This document shows positions 46,068-54,756 of a stretch of 64,000 bases of DNA, piece by piece. Where the stretch lies: the IMG/VR virus record IMGVR_UViG_3300031236_000004, positions 11,606 through 75,605 of that record; one strand, given 5' to 3'. This DNA is from a virus. Below the pieces are notes generated by a model that had not been told where the DNA came from, ran no database searches, and was given only the letters and a program-made list of their open reading frames with translations. The first letter of the stretch is position 1. Each line of letters begins with the position of its first letter. Made by a program: the position numbers and the translations under genes.

Positions 46068-47336
46068 CTACGCGTCCTTCTTCTGCGCGGCCGTGCGGGC
46101 CATGTGCAGCCGGGCCACCGCCGCGCCGTAGCTCTTGATCGGAGCGAACAGCTGGTTCAACTTCGTCAGGTAGCTCTTGGCGTCGACGCCCACGCGCTGC
46201 GACTCGTCGCCCATCTTGGTGAAGAAGGACATGAGGATCTCGGGGGGCAGGTCCGCGACGAAGGCCGCGAGCGGGTCGACGATCGTGGCGGGGTCGCGCT
46301 TGAGGTCCGCGAAGATCCGGACGACGATTCCCGTCGTCAGCTGCGAGACCTTGTCGTACCGGCCGCCGTCCTCGGTGAGGTAGGCCTTGAACCGGGCCTG
46401 GACCTCCGAGTTCGGCGCGTAGGTGGTCATCACGTCCTCGGCGGTGACCAGCAGCGTGTGGTCCCTGACGTACTCGAGGAACTCGGCCGCCGACGCGGAC
46501 CCGATCGAGCCGGCGATGGACACGCGGGCGGTTACGCTGTCCAGCGGGATGCCAGCGTCCTCGAGCTTGTAGCAGTCGCGGGAGACGGACTCCCAGGTGG
46601 CCGGACAGGCGAAGGCCTTGCCCGCGCCGAGGGCCAGCTCGTCGTAGCCGGCGGAGGGCACCGCGCCGAGGTACGCCACGACGCGACCGTGGAACTTGGC
46701 CTTCTGGGCGTAGGCCATGAAATCGCCGTAGCTGTACCCGATGCCGAAGCACTTCAGGCGCCGGCGCATAGCCGGGTCCTTCTCGAACTCGTTGACCGAG
46801 AACCCGCTGCCCGACGGGTTCATCGTGGCGACGATCTGGACGCAGTCGGGGAGCGCGACGTCGCCGATCATGCGGTCGCCGATCAGGACGAACGCGGCCC
46901 GCGTGACGGACTTGTCCGAGGCCCGGTTCAGCTCCTCGATCGCGAGGATCGGGCACATGTCCTTGGGCACCTTGCCGCCGTACTTGTCCGTCATCGCGTC
47001 GCTCCACTCGAGCAGGCGCTGGAAGGTCCTCGGGATCCGCTGGTCGAAGTAGACCTTCGTGCCCTCGGCCGTCGTCGGGATGAAGAAGCCCTCCTGCGTG
47101 GCGGTCGGCATGAAGACGGGCACGTAGGGCACGCCCTTGCCGCCGTTGCGGCGCGCGGCCACCTGCTTGGGGATGGCGGTCTTGCCGATGCCGGAGGGCC
47201 CGATGGCGCACGCCACGTCGATGGACCCCGCGTGCAGGTCGATCTGCCTTTCGAACTCGCGGGGGCCCGTGTGCTCGATGCCGAGCTTGGAGGTGAAGGT
47301 GTCCTCGGCCACCTTGGGGACGTCGGTCTTGCTCAT
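46068..47336 (-). CDS. MoxR-like AAA+ ATPase
   Basis: GPSGIGKT, LAIEELNRA, VATMNP, AMRRR; start ATG 47336. Confidence 0.88.
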   Translation of the reverse strand: MSKTDVPKVAEDTFTSKLGIEHTGPREFERQIDLHAGSIDVACAIGPSGIGKTAIPKQVAARRNGGKGVPYVPVFMPTATQEGFFIPTTAEGTKVYFDQRIPRTFQRLLEWSDAMTDKYGGKVPKDMCPILAIEELNRASDKSVTRAAFVLIGDRMIGDVALPDCVQIVATMNPSGSGFSVNEFEKDPAMRRRLKCFGIGYSYGDFMAYAQKAKFHGRVVAYLGAVPSAGYDELALGAGKAFACPATWESVSRDCYKLEDAGIPLDSVTARVSIAGSIGSASAAEFLEYVRDHTLLVTAEDVMTTYAPNSEVQARFKAYLTEDGGRYDKVSQLTTGIVVRIFADLKRDPATIVDPLAAFVADLPPEILMSFFTKMGDESQRVGVDAKSYLTKLNQLFAPIKSYGAAVARLHMARTAAQKKDA

Positions 47337-47375
47337 CGTCGTGGTTCCTTTGTTGTATCGTTTGGTTAGTAGCTC

Positions 47376-50126
47376 GTGGCGGAAGCAGTCTACAGGTCGA
47401 CGATCGCGCAGGGGTTGTTCTACGTGGACGGCAAGCCCCTGTCGCTCGCGGACTACCCGATGTTCGAGGCCGTGTACGACGGCCAGTACTCGCGCATCCT
47501 GCTCAAGACTGCACGTCAAGTTTCCAAAAGTACGACGCTCGCCGCCTTCATGATCGCGGAGGCCATCGCGGTCGTCCCGTTCAAGTCGTACTACGTCTCA
47601 CCCACGCAGGAGCAGACCCGGAAGTTCTCGCACACGCGCGCTGCGAAGATCCTGGCGTACAGCCCAGACGTGCGGAAGAAGTACATCGGCCCGGAGTCCA
47701 TCGACAACGTCTACCTGCGCATACTCAAGAACGGCTCGGAGATGGCGTTCACGTACGCCATGGACGACCCGGACAGGGCGCGCGGCTACTCGGCGGACCG
47801 AACGTGTTTCGACGCGACTGCCGAAGTCCTCACGCGCGTGGGTTGGAAGCTCGTGCGCGCCTTGACGCCGACCGACGAGGTCGGGGTGCTCGCACCGGAC
47901 GGCGCGCTCGAGTGGCACCGACCCACGCGACTCATTCAGTTCCGCCACAAAGGCTCGATGGTTTGCTTCACCCACCACGGCGTTTCACTTCGAGTGACCT
48001 CCAACCACAAGATGTGGGTGAACTTTAGAGTCAAGACCTCACCTACCTTCAAGACGCCAGATGTTTGGGAGTTCGTTGAAGCGGGGTCTCTGGCGAACAC
48101 GACGCGCATGGGCTTCAAGTTCACGGGTCGCGCTGTCCTGCGCGGGAGTCAGGTGCCGCAGGTTAAGGTGCTCGAGGGCGGGGAAGGCTATGAAGTAAGT
48201 CGGCGTTCGCTCTCGATCCCATTTCTGGAATTCGCCGAGTTGGTGGGTTGGTACCTCTCCGAGGGCTCGATCGTCTGGAAGATGCTCAACGGTCGTCGCC
48301 AAGCGCGCGGCGGCGCAGGTGTGTTCTCGAACGGGTTCGCACCGCGCCGCGCGCCGAAGGGCGTCTCGATCGTGCAATGTCCGGGACCCCATGCAGACCG
48401 CATCAAGCGGTGCCTCCGTGCCTGCGGCCTCGTGTTTTCTGCACACCCAACTGAATACCAAACCAGCAGGGGCGCACGCCTCACGCACGCGTACGTCGTC
48501 ACATCCGCACAGCTCGGCAGCTACTTCGAGGGGCAGGGGCTCTGCCGGGATAAGCACATTCCAGAAGAGTTCTTTGAACATCCAGCCGCACTGACGCGGC
48601 TGTTGGAGAGCCTTCACTTCGGAGATGCGACCATGCGCGATGGGACACTGCGCACGCGTTCGAAGCGTCTGGCGGATGACGTCCACCGCGCGTGGACCCT
48701 GCTCGGGCGGTCTTCTGCCATCCACACGCGAATGATGGCGCCGCGCCCCGGCGCTCCTTTGGAGCCTCTGTACGAGGTTCAGGCCTTCAAATACGACTAC
48801 CACGTGTTCTGGCGGCCCGAATTCGAGTCGAAGAAGCGCGTCGTCGTAGAACAGGTTGTAGACGAGGACGTCTTCTGCTTCACCGTCAAACACCATCGTC
48901 CGATCGTGCGCGGCGGATTTGGACAGAGACCTATCGTTACGGGTCAGTGCTTCGACGAAGTGCAGGACATGGTCTTCGAGGCGGTCATCCCAGTCATCGA
49001 GGAGTGCATGGCGGCGTCGAAGTATCAGTACTCCTCGTACTGCGGCACGCCCAAGACGATGGAGAACACCATCGAGGTCCTGTGGGGGCTCTCGTCGCAG
49101 ACCGAGTGGTGCATGCGGTGCGACGCGTGCTCGAAGTGGACGTTCGTCGCGAGCACGAAGGCGATCGGGAAGAAGGGGCTCATCTGCCTCTCGTGCGGCG
49201 GCCTCCTGAATCCGCGCAACGGCAAGTGGATCGACATGGCGAGCGGCCAGGGCATCAAGGGCTTCCACATCAGCCAGGCGATCATGCCGACGAACGTACC
49301 GGCCGCGTGGCAGCCGGGGACGGAGGGGTACGACGTCGCCGTCGACCGCTGGGAGAAGCTGCTCTACAAGATGGAGTCGCCGCTCTACGGCGAGTCCAAG
49401 TTCCTCAACGAGTGCATCGGCGTCAGCACGTCGACCGGCGTCCGCCTCCTCACCAAGGAGATCCTCGAGGCCCTCTGCGACGACAAGCTCGCCATCACGC
49501 GGCTGCCGACCCCGACCTCGCTCCAGGGCATCGTCCGCGTCGTCGCCGGCGTCGACTGGTCCGGCGGCGGCGGCGAGGTCAAGGGCAGCGAGGGCCTCTA
49601 CAAGTCCCGCACGGTGTTCCACGTCTGGGGTCAGCAGCCGGACGGCAGGCTCCGCACGCTCACCTCGAAGGTCTTCCCCAACGGGCATGCCACCGGCTGG
49701 ATCGACGAGATCGTCGAGTTGTGCAACGCCTGGGGCGTTCAGATGGTCGGCTGCGACGCCGGTGAGGGCGCGCTCGCCAACTCGTTCCTGCGCCAGCGCC
49801 TCGGCGACCAGCGGGTCCTCGCGTTCAAGTACCAGATGATGTCGAAGCCGCTCGAGTGGAACCCCGCCGCGCTGACGTACAACGTCGACAAGACCACGAT
49901 GGTCGACACCTACGCGCGCATGCTGCTCCACAAGCAGGTCGTCTACCCGAACCTCCGGGACGCGAAGGTGGCCATCGACGACATCCTCAACGTCTACGAG
50001 GAGATCACGCCGAGGGGCATGAGGGTCTGGAAGCACTCGCCGGTGATGCCTGACGACAGTCTTCACGCCCAAATTTTCGCGTGGTTAGCCTGGGGCGTGC
50101 TGTCGGGGAACCTGAAGTTCAACTAG
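47376..50126 (+). CDS. terL: terminase large subunit (GpA-like) with intein
   Basis: ARQVSKS (Walker A), RARG, spliced ADRTCFDEVQD (Walker B), GTPKT, CDAC/CLSC Zn finger, GVDWS nuclease motif, DDSLHA. Confidence 0.88.
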   Translation: MAEAVYRSTIAQGLFYVDGKPLSLADYPMFEAVYDGQYSRILLKTARQVSKSTTLAAFMIAEAIAVVPFKSYYVSPTQEQTRKFSHTRAAKILAYSPDVRKKYIGPESIDNVYLRILKNGSEMAFTYAMDDPDRARGYSADRTCFDATAEVLTRVGWKLVRALTPTDEVGVLAPDGALEWHRPTRLIQFRHKGSMVCFTHHGVSLRVTSNHKMWVNFRVKTSPTFKTPDVWEFVEAGSLANTTRMGFKFTGRAVLRGSQVPQVKVLEGGEGYEVSRRSLSIPFLEFAELVGWYLSEGSIVWKMLNGRRQARGGAGVFSNGFAPRRAPKGVSIVQCPGPHADRIKRCLRACGLVFSAHPTEYQTSRGARLTHAYVVTSAQLGSYFEGQGLCRDKHIPEEFFEHPAALTRLLESLHFGDATMRDGTLRTRSKRLADDVHRAWTLLGRSSAIHTRMMAPRPGAPLEPLYEVQAFKYDYHVFWRPEFESKKRVVVEQVVDEDVFCFTVKHHRPIVRGGFGQRPIVTGQCFDEVQDMVFEAVIPVIEECMAASKYQYSSYCGTPKTMENTIEVLWGLSSQTEWCMRCDACSKWTFVASTKAIGKKGLICLSCGGLLNPRNGKWIDMASGQGIKGFHISQAIMPTNVPAAWQPGTEGYDVAVDRWEKLLYKMESPLYGESKFLNECIGVSTSTGVRLLTKEILEALCDDKLAITRLPTPTSLQGIVRVVAGVDWSGGGGEVKGSEGLYKSRTVFHVWGQQPDGRLRTLTSKVFPNGHATGWIDEIVELCNAWGVQMVGCDAGEGALANSFLRQRLGDQRVLAFKYQMMSKPLEWNPAALTYNVDKTTMVDTYARMLLHKQVVYPNLRDAKVAIDDILNVYEEITPRGMRVWKHSPVMPDDSLHAQIFAWLAWGVLSGNLKFN
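47805..48947 (+). mobile_element. terminase intein (381 aa), LAGLIDADG, C-terminal Gln
   Basis: DRT|CFDATAEVLT...VTSNH...VFCFTV...TGQ|CFDE; LVGWYLSEG; low GC3. Confidence 0.88.
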
Positions 50127-50701
50127 GCCGGCGCCTCGGCGTGCTTCTGGATCCCGGGGCCGTAGATCTCCATCAGGCGCAGGAAGACGCCGCGACACGC
50201 GTGCGCGTCGGCGAGCGCCGAGTGCGCGTTCTCGTAGGGGATCTTGAAGTAGGCTGCCATCGTGACCAGCTTGACGTTGACCACCAGCCCGGCGCGCAGC
50301 AGGGGCATCGCGAGCGAGACGGTGTCGAGGGAGTGGTAGCTGCCGGGCCACCGCATCGAGTGGTCCGCCAGGGCCGCCTCCAAGAACGCCTTGTCGAACG
50401 GCGTGTTGTGGCACACCAGCATCGTGTCCTTGGCCATCAGCAGCACGTTGATCAGCGCGTCGTGCGCCGAGACGGCCTCGGCGGCCCACTTCTCGGCGTT
50501 GTAGCCGTTGATGGCCGCGGCCTCCGGGTCGACGGGCTTCTTGGGGAACGTCTTGGCCACGTACTCGCCGAGCACGGTCTTGCCGCTGGGGTCGGTGCGC
50601 ACGCACGCAACCTCGACGAAGTCGTGCTTCGTCGCGGACAAGCCGCCCGTCTCGAAGTCCAGGAAGAGCAGGTTGTGGTCTTTCAGCGCGGGACGAGCCA
50701 T
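50123..50701 (-). CDS. DEDDh 3'-5' exonuclease (DnaQ-like)
   Basis: LDFETGG, CHNTPFD, LDT, HSALADA. Confidence 0.92.
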   Translation of the reverse strand: MARPALKDHNLLFLDFETGGLSATKHDFVEVACVRTDPSGKTVLGEYVAKTFPKKPVDPEAAAINGYNAEKWAAEAVSAHDALINVLLMAKDTMLVCHNTPFDKAFLEAALADHSMRWPGSYHSLDTVSLAMPLLRAGLVVNVKLVTMAAYFKIPYENAHSALADAHACRGVFLRLMEIYGPGIQKHAEAPA

Positions 50702-50767
50702 CGATGGACCTCTGCGTCCACTTATACCAACGATGCTAGGACTTTTTCCAGGGTTTATGGCACCGAC

Positions 50768-50962
50768 CTAGCGAGACTGCAGGTGCCTGTCCCGCCTCGG
50801 CAGGTACTGCCCGTGCACGCCCGCGAACGACCCGTGCCCCTCGAACAGGCCGCCGCAGAAGCAGCAGACGTAGTCCCGGTATCGCGGGCGGGTGTGGATG
50901 CAGTGGTGCGGGTGCTCCTCGTTGTCCTCGGGCGACGAGGGGCAGGTGCCCTCGCCCCTCAC
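50768..50962 (-). CDS. small Cys/His-rich protein
   Basis: GTG 50962 (GTGA overlap); HHCIH, VCCFCG. Confidence 0.5.
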   Translation of the reverse strand: MRGEGTCPSSPEDNEEHPHHCIHTRPRYRDYVCCFCGGLFEGHGSFAGVHGQYLPRRDRHLQSR

Positions 50963-51666
50963 GGCTTCCGCACCCACTGGAAGCGGGGGTCAGTGAGGTA
51001 GTCCTCGTCAGCGCACTGCCGACACAACGAGAAGATCGCAACCCGTCGCACGTCCCCGGGCTCGAACTGGTCGAACGTCATCTTCGCGATGCCGGTCGCA
51101 TCGTGCGCGGGGCGCATCTCGTGCGGGTGCGTGCCCCACTGGGAGCACGTCATCACCGCCAGCCGCTCCAATTCGGCGATCACCTTGAGGTGATCTGGGT
51201 CCGTAGTACATGCGGACCATCCACGTGCGAGACGTCCAATCGCTTCGCGCAGGACCTGGACGTGCGGGACGCGCTTCTCTTTGTTGACCTGCTCGCCCGT
51301 ATACGTGCCGGACGCGATCGCATCAAGCCCGGCCTGCGTGGGGCGCCACACCGCCGCAGGGGAGCCCGTCCGCGTGGGCCGCGTTTCCCCGGTATCGCGA
51401 GCCAGGCCGTCTCTCGCGAGGACGCCGAATCGGGCACTGAACGACGACGAGAACCGCCCGTAGCGAACCTGGGTCGCGTCAGGAGTTGCGCCATCCGGCT
51501 CGACGGCGACCAGGTGCTGCATGATCTCGAGGCGCGCCTGATCCTGCGTCTTGGCGGCAATCTTCGCTGCCGCCTTCGACGTGGCCGTCCCGTTGTGCGG
51601 CAGGGAGCCCAGTCCGCCGTCTTCGTCGTCCGTGTCGTCCTCATCACTGCCGTCGTCGTTGCTCAT
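50959..51666 (-). CDS. hypothetical protein with wHTH-like segment
   Basis: Acidic N-terminus; SARFGVLARDGLARDTGETRPTRTGSPAAVW. Confidence 0.65.
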   Translation of the reverse strand: MSNDDGSDEDDTDDEDGGLGSLPHNGTATSKAAAKIAAKTQDQARLEIMQHLVAVEPDGATPDATQVRYGRFSSSFSARFGVLARDGLARDTGETRPTRTGSPAAVWRPTQAGLDAIASGTYTGEQVNKEKRVPHVQVLREAIGRLARGWSACTTDPDHLKVIAELERLAVMTCSQWGTHPHEMRPAHDATGIAKMTFDQFEPGDVRRVAIFSLCRQCADEDYLTDPRFQWVRKP

Positions 51667-54600
51667 GATGCCTGTGCCTCCTCTTCCTCATCCTCTTTGG
51701 TGTCGAACATCGAATCCGCCTGCTTGCCGTCCTCGTCGACGACGAAGTCGTTGAGCGCGTCCTGGTCGAGCAGCTCCATCAGCTCCTGCTCCTGCGTCAT
51801 GGCGAGCCCCGGGTTCTTCTTGAGGTAGTCGTCGAGCGCGATGGTCTCGCCGTAGCTCGGGCCGACCGCGATGTCGTACGCGAAGTCGACCGGCAGCCAG
51901 GCGTACTTCTCGCGGACGCGCTGGACGCAATAGTAGTCGAAGAACGCCTTCGCCTTGTGCAGGTGCTTCTTCTTGATCACGCCCACGATCGAGTCGTGGA
52001 CCGTGATGCAGAGCCGGCCACCCAGCTCGTGGATGTGCTCGAAGATCTCGATGAGCTGCGCGATGACGATGTCCGACGACGTCGACTGGATCTTCATGTT
52101 CTTGCCGCGGCGCTCGGCCTGACCGCGGAAGAAGCCGTTGACGCCCTGGAGCGGGAACCGGCGGCGGCGGCCGAACAGCGTCTCGACGAAGCCCTTCGCG
52201 TGGATCTGCGAGACGACCTCGTCCATGTAGTTCTTCAGCGACGGGAACCGCTCGAACAGCTTGTCGATGATCTGCTGCGCGCGTTCCTCGCTGACGCCGG
52301 CGGTCTCGGCGATCTTCTTCGCCATCGCGCCGTAGAGGATGCCGAACACGACGCGCTTCACCGTCGTTCGCAGCGCGTTCATCGACAGGCCGAACTCGGG
52401 GAGGATGTAGTCCGTGTTCTCCTTCTTGGCCTCGACCTCCGCGTACGGGATGCCGAAGATCTCCTGCGTGAACCAGCTGTGGACGTCCAGCCCGTCGTTG
52501 AGCGCCTTGATCAGCTCCTCGTCCGGCGCGTACGCCGTGAACACGCGGATCTCGGCGCCCCTCCAGTCGACGTTGAACACCACCTCCTCGTCCGGATCGT
52601 CCGGGATGAAGATCTTCTTGATGTTCACGCCCGCCAGCTTCTTGGGCGTGTTTTGCATGTTCACATTCGACGAGGACGTGCGCCCGGTCGACGTGCCGTG
52701 CAGGTGGAAGCTGGTGTGCAGGAAGCCGTCGTAGGCCGAGAGGTCCTTGATGTCCTTGACGAACCCGGTGAGCGCCTTGTGCGCCGCCCGGTACTCGAGC
52801 AGCGTCCTGGCGAACAGGCACCGGGTCTGCTCGGCGATCGCCTTGAGCGTCTTCTTGTCCGTCTTGCGCTTGCCGGACTTGAGGTTCTTCTCGGCGAACG
52901 TGTGGCGCTTCACGCGCGGGCCGCTGCCCTCGAACACGCCGACGTCGAACAGCACCTCCGCGACGTGCTCGGTGGAGTTCGGGTTGAACGCCACGCCCTT
53001 CTCGGACGAGACCGTGGCCCGCTGGCCAGGCAACTTGGTGCCCTCCCACTGGGCCTCCAGGAGCTTCCGCTTCGCCTTGACGATCTCGGTGAGGTCGACC
53101 TCGAGCTTGTCGATGTAGGGCCGGTCGACGCGGAACCCGTCGAACTCCATCTTGCCGAGCGCGCGCGACGCGGGGATGCAGTGGGTCTGCATCAGGCTGC
53201 GCGCGTTGGCGTGGAAGCCCTCGGTCTTCATCCGGCCGAACTGGTGGCGGAGCAGGCGCCGGGTCAGGTCGGTGTCGATTGCCGCGTAGGTGTCCAGCGT
53301 GTCGATGGGCACCCGCTCGTACCCCGCGTCCATCGCGCTCTTCTTCTGCTCGCGCTTGGTCCCGAAGACCTCGCGCGCGACCTCGGTCTTGGTCATGGTG
53401 TAGACCAGGCCCTCCTCGATGCCGACGACGTCCTTCTTGGGCTTGCCCTTCTTGACGTTCGCCAGCGCGGCGTGCTTCTCCGCCTCCTCGGGGGTGAGCT
53501 GCTCGGCCAGCTCCTGGACCTTGTCCGCGTAGTTGCCGAACATCGGGAAGTAGGACCGCCCGAGCGTCTTGAGGCCGTAGGACCCCGTCATGTCCTCGCG
53601 CAGCAGGTGCTCGCCCAGCAGCGAGTCCCACATGACGTTGTTGACGCGCCAGCCGTGGCGCAGCTCGAGGAACTTGAGGTCGAACTTGGCGTTGTGAAAG
53701 ACCTTGGGCTTGGCGCACTCGAGCACGCGCCGGACGTGCGCGACGACCTGCTCCAGCTCCTGGGGCGTCCACGGCGCCTCGCGGTGGAACAGCGGAACGG
53801 CGCCCGCGCGTCCGGTGTCCCACGCGAACGACACGCACAGGACCTTGGCGTCCTCGCGGTGCGGGTTGAGCGTGTTCGTCTCGACGTCGACCGCGATCGC
53901 GCAGTGGGCGGCCGACGGGGCGCCCTCGACGACGTGGTTGATGATGTGGTCGCACAGCCGGCCTACCTCGTCGACCGTCTTGGGGATCCAGTAGTCCCGG
54001 GTCAGCTCCTCGAGCGTCGTGTTGGCGCCGACCTCGTCCGCGCCGCCGGCGATGCGGATCGCGCGCACGAAGTCCGCGTAGAACAGGTTGTAGAGGCCTG
54101 TCTTGGCGACCATGAGCTTGGTCGAGAACGTCGGCAGGACCTTGTAGATCTGGCCCTCGATCTCGACGTCGAGCAGGCGGCCGCGCGCCTCCATGAACCG
54201 CTCGGCCTTGTAGCCGGTGGCCTTGAGCGCGGTCGCGCCGAACGCCAGGATGATCTTGGGCTGCGCGTTCTTGATCTTGGCGCGCAGGAACGACGAGCAC
54301 CGCTGGATCGTCGACGCGTTCGCGGTGGCGCTCTGGTCCTTCCCCTCCTCGACCTGGCACTGGACGGCGTAGGTGTCCCAGCGCTTGAGGTGGGCCATCT
54401 TCAGCTTGCCGCCGTTCTTCTTGTCCAGCTCGCGGAGATCGCGCCACGCGGTGCGGATGATGCGGCCGCCTCGGCCGTAGAACATCGCCTTGTTGTTCAC
54501 CGACCAGGACGACGGCGACTCGGACACCATCATGATGTCGACGAGGCCGGAGGCGCCCTCGCCGAGCATCTGCCGCTTCTTGTATAGGGCGCAGCCCTCG

Positions 54601-54704
54601 CAGTGCCCGGACTTGCAGTCGGGGAGCTGGTTCTCGGGGAGGAGCGACGGGTCGTCGAGGGAGACGACCGGCAGCTTCACCTTGGGCTTCTTGGCGTCAG
54701 CCAT
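51663..54704 (-). CDS. polA: family A DNA polymerase with N-terminal family-4 UDG-fold and 3'-5' exonuclease
   Basis: CEGC...GEG...SESP...QC...C (UDG4 fold); VDVET, HNAKFD, YAAID (exonuclease); TGRTSS, DWRGAEIR, KRVVFGILYG, HDS (polymerase). Confidence 0.93.
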   Translation of the reverse strand: MADAKKPKVKLPVVSLDDPSLLPENQLPDCKSGHCEGCALYKKRQMLGEGASGLVDIMMVSESPSSWSVNNKAMFYGRGGRIIRTAWRDLRELDKKNGGKLKMAHLKRWDTYAVQCQVEEGKDQSATANASTIQRCSSFLRAKIKNAQPKIILAFGATALKATGYKAERFMEARGRLLDVEIEGQIYKVLPTFSTKLMVAKTGLYNLFYADFVRAIRIAGGADEVGANTTLEELTRDYWIPKTVDEVGRLCDHIINHVVEGAPSAAHCAIAVDVETNTLNPHREDAKVLCVSFAWDTGRAGAVPLFHREAPWTPQELEQVVAHVRRVLECAKPKVFHNAKFDLKFLELRHGWRVNNVMWDSLLGEHLLREDMTGSYGLKTLGRSYFPMFGNYADKVQELAEQLTPEEAEKHAALANVKKGKPKKDVVGIEEGLVYTMTKTEVAREVFGTKREQKKSAMDAGYERVPIDTLDTYAAIDTDLTRRLLRHQFGRMKTEGFHANARSLMQTHCIPASRALGKMEFDGFRVDRPYIDKLEVDLTEIVKAKRKLLEAQWEGTKLPGQRATVSSEKGVAFNPNSTEHVAEVLFDVGVFEGSGPRVKRHTFAEKNLKSGKRKTDKKTLKAIAEQTRCLFARTLLEYRAAHKALTGFVKDIKDLSAYDGFLHTSFHLHGTSTGRTSSSNVNMQNTPKKLAGVNIKKIFIPDDPDEEVVFNVDWRGAEIRVFTAYAPDEELIKALNDGLDVHSWFTQEIFGIPYAEVEAKKENTDYILPEFGLSMNALRTTVKRVVFGILYGAMAKKIAETAGVSEERAQQIIDKLFERFPSLKNYMDEVVSQIHAKGFVETLFGRRRRFPLQGVNGFFRGQAERRGKNMKIQSTSSDIVIAQLIEIFEHIHELGGRLCITVHDSIVGVIKKKHLHKAKAFFDYYCVQRVREKYAWLPVDFAYDIAVGPSYGETIALDDYLKKNPGLAMTQEQELMELLDQDALNDFVVDEDGKQADSMFDTKEDEEEEAQAS

Positions 54705-54756
54705 GGCGCGATGTTTGTACCATAAACATACCTGGCATCGTGTCCTCCTGACTGAC

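Noticed and set aside
8204-50126. Genome-wide TAG-to-Gln recoding (code 15)
   Set aside because: Many conserved genes end in TAG directly before the next gene or a convergent stop; only one internal TAG was found.
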